NCBI GenBank assembly: GCA_964426185.1
Contig: CAYRPF010000024.1
Location: 5,301-37,300 of the forward strand
Reading direction: 5' to 3'
Length of the DNA stretch: 32,000 bases
Source: an uncultured archaeon
GTDB taxonomy: Archaea > Asgardarchaeota > Lokiarchaeia > Sigyniarchaeales > Promethearchaeaceae
Below are positions 1-8,789 of this stretch, in pieces. The notes under the pieces are model-generated. The model was given only the letters and a program-made list of their open reading frames with translations, had not been told where the DNA came from and searched no databases. Both the position numbers and the translations under genes were made by a program. Within the stretch, counting starts at the first letter, position 1. Each line of letters opens with the position of its first letter.

Positions 1-78
1 GGTTTGGATGAATGGGTTCCTGTTACGTATGGAGGAGTATACATTCGAGCGCAACATGGATTTGTCAGCCCTGGATAA
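1..78 (+). CDS. tldD: 3' end of a TldD-family metalloprotease (partial, runs off the window start)
   Basis: Frame 1 reads GLDEWVPVTYGGVYIRAQHGFVSPG*, resembling the TldD C-terminal VPV-x-x-GG-P-x-I-R motif. It lies 25 bp upstream of a TldE/PmbA gene, the usual pairing. Confidence 0.7.
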   Translation, partial: GLDEWVPVTYGGVYIRAQHGFVSPG

Positions 79-103
79 AGGAAAATAATGAGGGAAAAGT
101 ATA

Positions 104-1507
104 ATGAATTATGATACTGCCAACCATCCGCTGTATTTCATTGAAAATCTCGCCGATATTGTTGAGCGCGAAATAAAAAAAGCTAAAATCGAGAAATGGG
201 ATATATATTTGTACCACGAACGGGTGAATGGGATCCATTTTCGAAAAACAGAAATTGAAGAACAAACAAATTATTGTAATCTATCTTATTTTATCCGAGT
301 TTTTCAAGATAGTGATGCTCATTCCATGGGTGTAGGGATAATAAACCTAAATTCTACCAATCCTTTCCACATTCAAAAAGCAATCCAGCAAGCTAAAGCA
401 TTATCAAAATTTAATCAAGAACCCAAATATGATTTAGTTTTTCCGGGAAAAACATATGCTAATCCAATTACTTATGATAAAGATATATGGGAAGATCCTG
501 TCTTCTTTTTAGAAACCAAGGGGAAAGAAATTCAACAGAATTTGCGCGAAATAATCCCTGCTAAAACCACTTCTGGACATTTTCGTTATTTTCGTAAGCA
601 AAAAATGCTGATTAATAGCAATGGATTTAAAAAGTTGAAGAAATCCAGTAATTTTTCATATGAATTTTCCTTTAAAGCAGAGAGAGGGGATAAAATTGCA
701 GAATATTGGCCACAAGGCTATGTAAAACTAGCCCGCGACTTAAAATTTGACCAATTTGTCCCAGAATGGGCATCCCGTGCTAGAGATGCTTTAAATTCGC
801 AACCACCTCAAAAAAATGAAATGATAGATGTCATATTTGCTCCAGAATTGGTTCGAAAAGGATTGTTGATGACTGTAGGTTTTTCTGCCACTGCACGCGC
901 CTTTTATGAAAAATCCACCCCATTTCATATTGGAGATCAAGTTGCAGTGGATTCCTTTACTTTGGTGGATGACGGTTTAATTGAAGCTGGGCTTAATACA
1001 TCTGCATGGGATTCAGAGGGAAATCCAAAACAACGTACTGAAATCATCCATAAAGGAGTTATGAAGCATTATTTATATGATCAAAAATACGCCACACTTC
1101 TGAATAGTGAGTCGACTGGAAATGCTCAATTGAAACACAAACGAGGTGGAAATATAAGTATTGAGATGAATAACTTGGTGGTTGCCCCGGGTAATCATCC
1201 TTTACGTGAGATCGTTTCGGATTGTCGGAGAGCAATTTTAGTTATTAATTTTCCATGGTTACATCCCAATCCCATCAGCGGAGATTTTGGAGCCCCTATC
1301 GATAATGCTTATATGATTGAAAATGGGCAATTAACTACACCAATTCGAGGAGGCACTGTTTCCGGAAATATTTATGATATGCTTATGAATATTGATGAAA
1401 TTTCCAAAGAAACGCGATTGGTCATGAATGCTCAAGTTCCCTATATTAAATTTAAAGGAATCCGGTTATCTTCGGAATATAATGGCAGTAGAAGCAAATT
1501 AATTTAA
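104..1507 (+). CDS. pmbA: TldE/PmbA family protein
   Basis: 467 aa with TldD/PmbA C-terminal motifs: TLVDDG, WDSEGNP, IIHKGVMKHYLYD, STGNA, NLVVAPG, NPISGDF, AYMIENGQL. No HExxxH zinc motif, consistent with the non-catalytic partner. GAGGG lies upstream. Confidence 0.9.
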   Translation: MNYDTANHPLYFIENLADIVEREIKKAKIEKWDIYLYHERVNGIHFRKTEIEEQTNYCNLSYFIRVFQDSDAHSMGVGIINLNSTNPFHIQKAIQQAKALSKFNQEPKYDLVFPGKTYANPITYDKDIWEDPVFFLETKGKEIQQNLREIIPAKTTSGHFRYFRKQKMLINSNGFKKLKKSSNFSYEFSFKAERGDKIAEYWPQGYVKLARDLKFDQFVPEWASRARDALNSQPPQKNEMIDVIFAPELVRKGLLMTVGFSATARAFYEKSTPFHIGDQVAVDSFTLVDDGLIEAGLNTSAWDSEGNPKQRTEIIHKGVMKHYLYDQKYATLLNSESTGNAQLKHKRGGNISIEMNNLVVAPGNHPLREIVSDCRRAILVINFPWLHPNPISGDFGAPIDNAYMIENGQLTTPIRGGTVSGNIYDMLMNIDEISKETRLVMNAQVPYIKFKGIRLSSEYNGSRSKLI

Positions 1508-1554
1508 TACCAACATTCCTTTACTAATTCGATAATCGATGGAGGAAATATTAT

Positions 1555-3516
1555 ATGCGTAGTAACCGAAAATTACTCTTATTTACATTGATTTTTGTAA
1601 ATATCATTATGATGCTTGGTAGGGTCATACCTCAATCTGTAAGAGCGGTTTCGCTTTCCAAAGAGCCTTTACTCCTTGTTAATCCTGTTATCGATACTAC
1701 TTCTTCAATTATAACTCATGGAGATGAATTTGATACAAAATTTCTTCCAAACGGGACCATCTATCTACTCACGACGACTTCTGATTACTTTGGCTCATAC
1801 CTCACATTATTTAGATATTCTCCCGAATGGGTTCTACAAACTTCTATATCTGTGTTAAATCGCTCGGAATCTCTACATAATCCGCAAATTTGTATTGGAC
1901 AAGATGGAAGTTTTCATGTGGTCATTGGAATAGAAAATATGGGTCATTTATATTTATTTTCTAATAATTCAGGTAGTTCTTGGTTTCAAACTTTAATTTG
2001 TGCGGATTCATCGATCCAGACCAAAATTCAAGTTCAGCTGGATGAATTAAACCAACCTCATTTTGCTTGGCTTAATAACTCAAATTCTCTTGTTTCGACA
2101 TTAGAATATCTGTATCCTACTTACAATTTTATCCTTACAACTCAAACAAATACAACTTTTTATAATTCTACGGTAAACTCTACCACGATTTCTGAATCTT
2201 CTGAAATTGAGCATTCTTTCCGCCAAAAACAGATGGTATTTGAGCAAGATGTATTTCCCAAAGATTTCACGTTTGTAGTGGAAAATTTAACCCACACTCA
2301 ATTCATGGTGCTTTCTTCCAACTTTTTATCGGGATCATATTCTCACAATTCATCAATCCAGAATGGCACGCATTTCTCTCAAATTGATCAGTTGAATTTT
2401 CAAATTCCTTATTCTTATTCAAATATAACCCAATCTAGCTTGGAAACTTATAATTTTACAGTTGACGAAAATTCTACCATTTTTGTTGAAGAATGGAGCA
2501 ATACAACTACATTTTATTCCAATCTCACTGAAGGTAATTTCAATCCCAAGCATACCATCGGGTTTTCTTCATATAATGAAACTTTTGCTTATCCTCGAAT
2601 GAAAATCGATTCAGCTGACCAAATGCATCTATTTTGGTTGGAACATCGGAATGAAACCAGTTGGATACATTATGTAAAATTCGATGCCAAACAGAATCTT
2701 ATTCTAAATAACTCTTTTACAGCATTTACAGGAAGTTCTTTACAGCTGTTGAACAATACCTTCCAAATTTTTTCTGCTTCTAACTTCCTTCCCTACTCCA
2801 TGGAAATATTTGAAGGAATTATATTTGGAAAAACAACGACTAATTCAATCTGCTTAAATGTATTCCATCTTACTTCATCTGGCTTGGATATTGAACCCGT
2901 AATGGTTTTTTCTCCATCTACAATCTTTTCTAACCCTTCACAGTTTTTTTTCCACCCTTTGTATCGGACTTTAGTCGCTTCTATTTGGAACCCGCTGCAA
3001 TTGAACTTCGATCTTATCCGATTTATCGGCCAAAATCCACATTTCGCTCCCGCTTATACGCTTTCGGCCAGCCTCCAATATACTTCTAAAACTATTCCTT
3101 CCAACTTAAATTCTACCGTTGATGAGAACTATTCCACCATAGTAGTTTCTGATCAACGCGATTTAGATTTACGAGTTGGTATCTCAAATTTCTATGATGA
3201 AAATTGCAGCTGCAACTTAACCCTTCATTTCAACTCCCCTACTGCATTCCTCAAACAGAATTCAGCCGAAAGCCACCAAATCCTCTTCCTTCAAAATGGA
3301 ACTGTACAGTATTATGAATGGGCTTTCTCTTTTCTGGAAGATAATTCATATCACCGTCTGGTGGCCGTGGATCTATATTCTGGAGAAAAATTTGTAGATC
3401 GCTTTGGATTTTATGTTATAGTTATTCCGGGAATCAACGCTCTTGAACTAGGTTTCTTCATCGTAGGGTTAATGGCTTTCAGCTCGGTGTTTTTTTGGTA
3501 TAAACGTGTTCGTTAG
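1555..3516 (+). CDS. Secreted, C-terminally anchored surface glycoprotein with a possible beta-propeller and a Loki-CTERM/PGF-CTERM-like tail
   Basis: Basic and hydrophobic N-terminal signal (MRSNRKLLLFTLIFVNIIMML), about 24 N-x-S/T sequons by manual count, and a C-terminal IPG + hydrophobic helix + KRVR. GGAGG at 1541-1545. Confidence 0.75.
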   Translation: MRSNRKLLLFTLIFVNIIMMLGRVIPQSVRAVSLSKEPLLLVNPVIDTTSSIITHGDEFDTKFLPNGTIYLLTTTSDYFGSYLTLFRYSPEWVLQTSISVLNRSESLHNPQICIGQDGSFHVVIGIENMGHLYLFSNNSGSSWFQTLICADSSIQTKIQVQLDELNQPHFAWLNNSNSLVSTLEYLYPTYNFILTTQTNTTFYNSTVNSTTISESSEIEHSFRQKQMVFEQDVFPKDFTFVVENLTHTQFMVLSSNFLSGSYSHNSSIQNGTHFSQIDQLNFQIPYSYSNITQSSLETYNFTVDENSTIFVEEWSNTTTFYSNLTEGNFNPKHTIGFSSYNETFAYPRMKIDSADQMHLFWLEHRNETSWIHYVKFDAKQNLILNNSFTAFTGSSLQLLNNTFQIFSASNFLPYSMEIFEGIIFGKTTTNSICLNVFHLTSSGLDIEPVMVFSPSTIFSNPSQFFFHPLYRTLVASIWNPLQLNFDLIRFIGQNPHFAPAYTLSASLQYTSKTIPSNLNSTVDENYSTIVVSDQRDLDLRVGISNFYDENCSCNLTLHFNSPTAFLKQNSAESHQILFLQNGTVQYYEWAFSFLEDNSYHRLVAVDLYSGEKFVDRFGFYVIVIPGINALELGFFIVGLMAFSSVFFWYKRVR

Positions 3517-3572
3517 AAATACCACACTTTTTTAAGATCCAGCAGATAAGTTACCTATATATAAAGTTAAAA

Positions 3573-4502
3573 ATGATTGTTATGACTATTTCTAATGTTC
3601 CAATATTAGGTATCGCTAACTCCGGAAAAACAAGTCTAATTCGCACCTTCCAGCGTGAATTTAAGGCACTCGCAAAAATCAAACCCACAAAAGGTATCGA
3701 AAGAAGTAAAATTTCGCTCTTTGGGCGAGAATTGATAGTATGGGACTTTGGAGGTCAGCAGAAGTATCTGTCGAAATATTTTAATCGAGCCGAATTATAT
3801 TTCAGCGATTTAGAGCAAGCATATTTTGTAGTTGATATTCAAGACCAGAAAACCATTACAAGTGCAATTAATTATTTTCAAACCCTTCAGAAATCTCTTG
3901 CAGAATATTCTCCAAGCGTGCAGTTATATGTACTACTTCACAAGTTCGACCCTGGATTTGAAAAAGATCCAGCTACAGTGGAGTATGTCAAAACCATAGG
4001 GCAAAAATTTTCTGAAATGGCCCAGCCTCTTCGCACAAAAGTGATTGAAACATCGATATTTAATCCAATTTCAGTGATTCATGCAATGTCAAATGCGGTT
4101 TTGGGGAACAATATCTTAGCCTCCAATGCTGGAGTGATTTTAAGCGAATTTGTTGAAAATAACAACCTGCAAGACCAAATTGAGTTTATTTTACTTTATT
4201 CTGAGGATTTAGTGGAAATCGGCAGTTATTTTCCCGAAAATGTAGATCACGAGACTTTGAAAGCAGCCGCTAAGGAGATATTTGCGGCTTTTCAACCAAA
4301 GAAACTAAAGCTTTATGCTGGTGAATTTACCATTGAATCTGAAGGTATTGAATTATTGGCTCATCGAATTGTAGGAGACAATGACCAAAACTTCTATTTA
4401 TTGGTGGGATACAAGCCTGAAAAGGTATATAATGTGCTAACATTGAAAGATCAAGTCAAGTTGCTTCTGGATCATGTAGAAAAATTGTTAATGTTCCTCT
4501 AA
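3573..4502 (+). CDS. Rag/Gtr-like (Arf superfamily) small GTPase with C-terminal roadblock-like domain
   Basis: G1 GIANSGKT, G2 KPTKG, G3 WDFGGQ, G4 HKFD, G5 TSIF. HKxD and TSI are Rag/Gtr hallmarks. About 125 C-terminal residues show an alpha-beta-beta-alpha-beta-beta-beta-alpha pattern. The start could be ATG 3582. Confidence 0.85.
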   Translation: MIVMTISNVPILGIANSGKTSLIRTFQREFKALAKIKPTKGIERSKISLFGRELIVWDFGGQQKYLSKYFNRAELYFSDLEQAYFVVDIQDQKTITSAINYFQTLQKSLAEYSPSVQLYVLLHKFDPGFEKDPATVEYVKTIGQKFSEMAQPLRTKVIETSIFNPISVIHAMSNAVLGNNILASNAGVILSEFVENNNLQDQIEFILLYSEDLVEIGSYFPENVDHETLKAAAKEIFAAFQPKKLKLYAGEFTIESEGIELLAHRIVGDNDQNFYLLVGYKPEKVYNVLTLKDQVKLLLDHVEKLLMFL

Positions 4503-4673
4503 AACTCGTTGAAAAGTTAAAATACTGATTGAAAACTGATCAAGCGCATGGTCTTTATTTGCTAAAGAACGGGTTAAACGATATATGTGGTATTTCCCAA
4601 TAATTACTGATTGTAAATCATCTTTGAATATTTGTTTGGCCAGATCTGCTATTGAAGAGAGCATTAAGTCACT

Positions 4674-4702
4674 TTTGATAACTTTGGTAACTTTGATAAC
4701 TT
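4674..4702. repeat. 3 x 9-bp tandem repeat TTTG(A/G)TAAC
   Basis: TTTGATAAC (4674-4682), TTTGGTAAC (4683-4691), TTTGATAAC (4692-4700), then TT. About 75 bp upstream of the Fe-S gene. Confidence 0.8.
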
Positions 4703-4777
4703 AGCTTTTTTGATTATTTTTGAAAACGGAAAAAATATTCTTATTAGCAAATTAAACCAAATTATTGTGATATACTT

Positions 4778-5938
4778 ATGGCCATCGCAAGTTACCCTAC
4801 AATATCAGATCAAATATATTTCAAACTACAAAAAAGATTGGATAAACTTCCAATTGGTTATCCCAAAACAGAATCCGGTGTGGAAATTCGAATCTTAAAG
4901 TACCTTTTTACACCTCAAGAGGCAGCCATTGCAATTGATTTGTCTTATCTCCCCGAAACCATTTCTGTAATCTTTAAGCGAATTAAACGTAAAAAAATGG
5001 TAGACTCGGAAGAACAATTAGAAGAAATATTGGATAGAATGGCAGAAAAAGGGGCTATTGTTCGACATATCACTCGTAAAGGATTAAAAATATATTCTGT
5101 GGTCATGTTAGCAATCGGCATGTTTGAATTTCAAGTAGATAAATTGAGTGAAGCCTTTATTCGCGATTTTCAGCAGTATTTGGAAGAAGCTTTTCGGGAT
5201 GAAGTGCTTAAAAGTAATCCTCAGCAGCTAAGACCCATTCCAACTGAAAACAGCATGTTAAGAGAGCTTCCTATTCTTCCTTATGATGATATTCGGAAAA
5301 TTGTGAAGAACTTGAAGGGTCCGATTTTGGTAGCAAATTGCGTTTGCAAACAAGGACATGATATCATTGGGGATCATTGTAAAGTAACCGATCAGCGGGA
5401 GTGGTGCATTATCATTGGCGGTGCGGCTAAAAATTATCATGATCTCGGGTGGGGGCGGTATATTGATAAAGAGGAACTAATGGATATTCTGACGTTGGCC
5501 GAAAAGGAGGGTTTGGTGGTTCAGCCGTCCAATTCCCAACAACCATTTTGTATCTGTCTGTGTTGTGGCTGCTGTTGTGAAGTGTTAACTTCTGCAAAGG
5601 TATTGGACAATCCTGTGCAATATTTCAGTTCCAATTACATAGCCGTAGTGGATGAAGAGGCATGCATAGGTTGTGGAATTTGTAAAAATCGATGTCAAAT
5701 GGATGCTATCACTATTGAAAATAAGAAATCGCACGTAGATCTAACCAGATGCATTGGTTGTGGGTTATGCACTACAACATGTACACCTCAAGCGATAAAA
5801 TTACAAAAAAAAGAGTATGTAGTTGAGCCTCCTGTAAATGCTACCGAATTATATATGAATATGCTTCGAAGTAGAGTGGGAAATGCTAAGATGATGTTGA
5901 TGCTTATCAGACGATTGCTGGGAAAGAAAGTTCTATGA
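4778..5938 (+). CDS. Fe-S protein: N-terminal HTH-like region, Cys-rich core and C-terminal 2x[4Fe-4S] ferredoxin domain
   Basis: Two ferredoxin motifs (CIGCGICKNRCQ, CIGCGLCTTTCT), plus NCVCK and CICLCCGCCC. The N-terminal LFTPQEAAIA...LEEILDRMAEKG segment is typical of this family. Confidence 0.9.
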   Translation: MAIASYPTISDQIYFKLQKRLDKLPIGYPKTESGVEIRILKYLFTPQEAAIAIDLSYLPETISVIFKRIKRKKMVDSEEQLEEILDRMAEKGAIVRHITRKGLKIYSVVMLAIGMFEFQVDKLSEAFIRDFQQYLEEAFRDEVLKSNPQQLRPIPTENSMLRELPILPYDDIRKIVKNLKGPILVANCVCKQGHDIIGDHCKVTDQREWCIIIGGAAKNYHDLGWGRYIDKEELMDILTLAEKEGLVVQPSNSQQPFCICLCCGCCCEVLTSAKVLDNPVQYFSSNYIAVVDEEACIGCGICKNRCQMDAITIENKKSHVDLTRCIGCGLCTTTCTPQAIKLQKKEYVVEPPVNATELYMNMLRSRVGNAKMMLMLIRRLLGKKVL

Positions 5939-6777
5939 AAGAAACGCTTCTAAATTATCGGATTCATGGGAAATCGCCGTTTAAAGTGGTGTTCCTGCAT
6001 GGAGGACCCGGAGCTTGGGGTGAAATGGCCCCCGTAGCGGATTTTATTTCCCGAAATTATGAGATTGGCTGTGTAGAAGCATTTCAAACCAAATCTACGT
6101 TACTTGAGCAACTGAAGGAAATCGGAGAGATAATCTCACACATTGCTGAACCTCCTGTTTTACTTATTGGTTTTTCTTGGGGTGCTTGGTTGGCATATCT
6201 GGCAGCTGCTAATTCCAATTACAAAAACCTCATTAAAGCCATCGTTATGATTGGGTGCGGACCTTTTAGTCAATCATATTTCCTGGAATTGCAACAGATT
6301 CGAAAATCACGCATGACTCAGGAGGAATTCTCCTTTTATCAAGAATTTGAGTCCAATCTTCAGTCTGTTGGTAGTGTTCAAGAGCGAGAGCATATAATTT
6401 CTGAGTTGGGTAAAATTTGCGAAAAAACTGATCATTGTGATTTATTACCTCCATCTGAAAGGATAATTTTTCCCAAGGTCAATTTTCCCATTGATCGGGC
6501 TACATTTTTTGAGAAAGCGTTATCTGAGCTGCAAGCTGAACGAAAGTCGGGAAAATTATTAGAATATGCTCTCAGTATTACTTGTCCCGTATTTATTTTA
6601 CATGGAGATTATGATCCTCATCCCGTGATGGGTGTAATCAATCCTTTAAAACCATTTTTAGATCAAATTTCAGTGAAGATATTTACCCACTGTGGACATA
6701 AACCATGGATGGAAAAACAAGCATACAGCGCATTTTTTGAGGAATTGCAATACATTGTGGAGAGCATATTCCAGTAA
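5935..6777 (+). CDS. Alpha/beta fold hydrolase (proline iminopeptidase-like)
   Basis: HGGPG oxyanion motif, nucleophile elbow GFSWG, acid in HGDYD and His in CGHKPW. ATGA overlap with the upstream stop suggests translational coupling. Confidence 0.9.
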   Translation: MKETLLNYRIHGKSPFKVVFLHGGPGAWGEMAPVADFISRNYEIGCVEAFQTKSTLLEQLKEIGEIISHIAEPPVLLIGFSWGAWLAYLAAANSNYKNLIKAIVMIGCGPFSQSYFLELQQIRKSRMTQEEFSFYQEFESNLQSVGSVQEREHIISELGKICEKTDHCDLLPPSERIIFPKVNFPIDRATFFEKALSELQAERKSGKLLEYALSITCPVFILHGDYDPHPVMGVINPLKPFLDQISVKIFTHCGHKPWMEKQAYSAFFEELQYIVESIFQ

Positions 6778-6856
6778 AAGAATAATCCGAACAATTCATC
6801 TATACAAAGCAAATAATTTAAAACAATGTGGGAATAATGGTTAATGGAGATTAGTT

Positions 6857-7783
6857 ATGCACCGAATTTTAATTCTGAAAGGTGGCGGATTACGTGGATT
6901 ACTGCAATTGCCAGCGTTGGAATCGATTGAGTCTTACTTTGATAAAAAAATTGCAGAAATTTACGATCTGATTGTTGGTTCTTCAGTAGGAAGTATCACT
7001 GGCGGCATTCTTGCAACAGGTAAATTCCCGGTTTCAAAATATTATGATTACTTTATGCGCTATATTCCGAAAATTTTCAAACGACGCAAGGGTTTGGGGC
7101 TTTTCCGACCGATTTATGAACAGAAAAATTTCTCCCGCATGTGGCAAAAGCTTTTTCCCGATTCTAATATCTTGATGAAAGATTGTCAAACCCGCTTTTT
7201 AAGCACTTCTATCAATTTATGCGATTTTCGCACTCACTTTTTCAAATCATGGGAAGAAAATGACGGGCAATTATCCTTGGAAGAATGTATTCTACGCTCT
7301 TTTGCCGCGCCCTATTATTTTGGACCGGTAATTGACCATGATCGAAAAGCAGTCTGGGTAGACGGCGGATTGGGAACCACAAACACACCGTTGATGATTG
7401 CTTACGCCGAAAGTATCAATTTAGGATGGCTTCGTGAAAAAGTGGAATTTACCGTAATTGGGACCGGTAATGTCAATTATTCCATGGATTTTGAAAAAGC
7501 TAAGCATTTGAATTTGCTCGAACAAATCAAGATGTTTCTGTATCCGAGAGAAGGTGGTTTAGCTCGGGTGCAATCTACTATGAATCAAGTTGATTTAATG
7601 CACATTATTGCCAAATCCAATCCATTAGTCGATTTTCACTATTACGATGTCGAGATTGGTTCGGAGTATTCAGGTTTAGACAAAAGAAAACATATTCATG
7701 CATATCAAGGCTTTGGAAGGATTATTGCGGATCAAGTGGATAAAGATCTTCAAGCGGTAGATAATTTAAGTATGCCGCTTTGA
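6857..7783 (+). CDS. Patatin-like phospholipase
   Basis: GGGLRG glycine-rich motif, GSSVG catalytic Ser, AAPYYF, and DGG catalytic Asp. Confidence 0.92.
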   Translation: MHRILILKGGGLRGLLQLPALESIESYFDKKIAEIYDLIVGSSVGSITGGILATGKFPVSKYYDYFMRYIPKIFKRRKGLGLFRPIYEQKNFSRMWQKLFPDSNILMKDCQTRFLSTSINLCDFRTHFFKSWEENDGQLSLEECILRSFAAPYYFGPVIDHDRKAVWVDGGLGTTNTPLMIAYAESINLGWLREKVEFTVIGTGNVNYSMDFEKAKHLNLLEQIKMFLYPREGGLARVQSTMNQVDLMHIIAKSNPLVDFHYYDVEIGSEYSGLDKRKHIHAYQGFGRIIADQVDKDLQAVDNLSMPL

Positions 7784-7800
7784 ATTATGCGATATACATG

Positions 7801-7863
7801 CACTTAAACTCACTTAAACTCTCCTAAACTCACCCAAATTCACTTAGAATCGCTTTAAACCAC
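7801..7863. repeat. Degenerate 10-bp tandem repeat, about 6 units, consensus CACTTAAACT
   Basis: CACTTAAACT CACTTAAACT CTCCTAAACT CACCCAAATT CACTTAGAAT CGCTTTAAAC CAC. Confidence 0.85.
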
Positions 7864-7925
7864 ATATATTTGATTTTTATATTAAAATGCATACATTTTT
7901 ATCATTTAACTCGACAAATTTGTTA

Positions 7926-8021
7926 ACAACTTTGGATAGACAATTTGGTCCGAATTTTACTGTAAATGTCGAGGGTTTGAATTCAACGCTTTCTTTTTCA
8001 GGTATTGTCAACCAAAGTTGT
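7926..8021 (+). promoter_or_regulatory. Long-range inverted repeat ending directly at the dodecin Shine-Dalgarno sequence (candidate structured 5' leader)
   Basis: ACAACTTTGG (7926-7935) pairs with CCAAAGTTGT (8012-8021), and GACAAT (7939-7944) pairs with ATTGTC (8004-8009). GGAGG follows at 8022-8026. The repeat is observed; its function is inferred. Confidence 0.45.
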
Positions 8022-8036
8022 GGAGGGATTGAAAAA

Positions 8037-8249
8037 ATGACTGATTCTGTTTATAAGGTGGTGGAACTTGTCGGAACATCCACTACGTGTTGGGAAGATG
8101 CCGTTAAAGCCATAGTAGAAAAAGCAGCCAAATCACTACAAGATATTCGGGTTGCAGAAGTAAAAAAACTCGATGTACGCATCGATGAAAATAAAGTGGT
8201 GCTATATAGGGCTAAAGTTGAACTTTCATTCAAATACAAGGATGAGTAA
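8037..8249 (+). CDS. Dodecin (flavin-binding protein), 70 aa
   Basis: MTDSVYKVVELVGTS..WEDAV..A.KSL.DIRVAEV...YRAKVELSFK matches the dodecin signature. The start was moved from 7887 to ATG 8037, which has GGAGGG upstream and gives the typical length. Confidence 0.93.
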   Translation: MTDSVYKVVELVGTSTTCWEDAVKAIVEKAAKSLQDIRVAEVKKLDVRIDENKVVLYRAKVELSFKYKDE

Positions 8250-8275
8250 GTGCATCACGGAAATATGATTGTGGT

Positions 8276-8292
8276 TTTTTTTTTGTTTTTTA
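8276..8292 (+). terminator. Oligo-T tract, probable archaeal intrinsic terminator for dodecin
   Basis: T9-G-T6 run about 27 nt after the stop codon. Confidence 0.5.
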
Positions 8293-8447
8293 CACCTTCA
8301 GTTTTGTTTTTTCGGTAATTTCCTTTTTTCCAATTGGTTTTCTAATTATTTTCATGCTCGAAGTCAGTCTTATCTACATATTCATAATTGAATCGTAAAA
8401 AGAAATAAAAATTTAAAAGAAAGAAAGAATTCTCTTAAGCTAATATT

Positions 8448-8771
8448 ATGAATGAAAAAGCTGCTAAAATTCAGAAAGAAAAGAAAACCCTGGAAATTAT
8501 GATACAAATATATTGTAGGGCTAAGCATGAAACACGTTCTCAATTATGTGATTCATGCCAGGATATTTTTGATTACGCAGTTAAAAGATTAAACTCTTGC
8601 CCGTTGTTGGAAAACAAACCAACTTGCGCGAAATGTCCAATTCATTGTTATGCACCCGAATATCGAGAAAAAATTCGTGAAATAATGCGATTTTCGGGTC
8701 CAAGGATGCTATATAGTCATCCTTTTCTCGCCATAAACCATTTATCAGATCTTCTTAAAAAGAGAAAGTAA
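8448..8771 (+). CDS. YgbA / nitrous oxide-stimulated promoter family Cys-rich protein
   Basis: EKKTLEIMIQIYC...H...LCDSC...RL..CP...KPTCAKCPIHCY...IREIMRFSGPRML..HP matches the YgbA family pattern. Confidence 0.9.
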   Translation: MNEKAAKIQKEKKTLEIMIQIYCRAKHETRSQLCDSCQDIFDYAVKRLNSCPLLENKPTCAKCPIHCYAPEYREKIREIMRFSGPRMLYSHPFLAINHLSDLLKKRK

Positions 8772-8789
8772 TAAGCTATTGAAAATAGC

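Noticed and set aside
1-1507. RiPP/microcin biosynthetic cluster around TldD/E
   Set aside because: No precursor peptide, YcaO or radical SAM gene in the window, and TldD/E pairs are common housekeeping genes in archaea.
7801-7863. Possible CRISPR array
   Set aside because: Units are 10 bp, contiguous and have no spacers, and no cas genes are present.
7910-8021. SECIS element or canonical FMN riboswitch
   Set aside because: No AUGA/GA quartet in the stem, no in-frame TGA in a plausible selenoprotein nearby, and no FMN aptamer consensus blocks.
7887-8036. 50-codon N-terminal extension of dodecin in the ORF track
   Set aside because: Dodecins are about 70 aa and a good SD precedes ATG 8037, so the region is better read as a leader.
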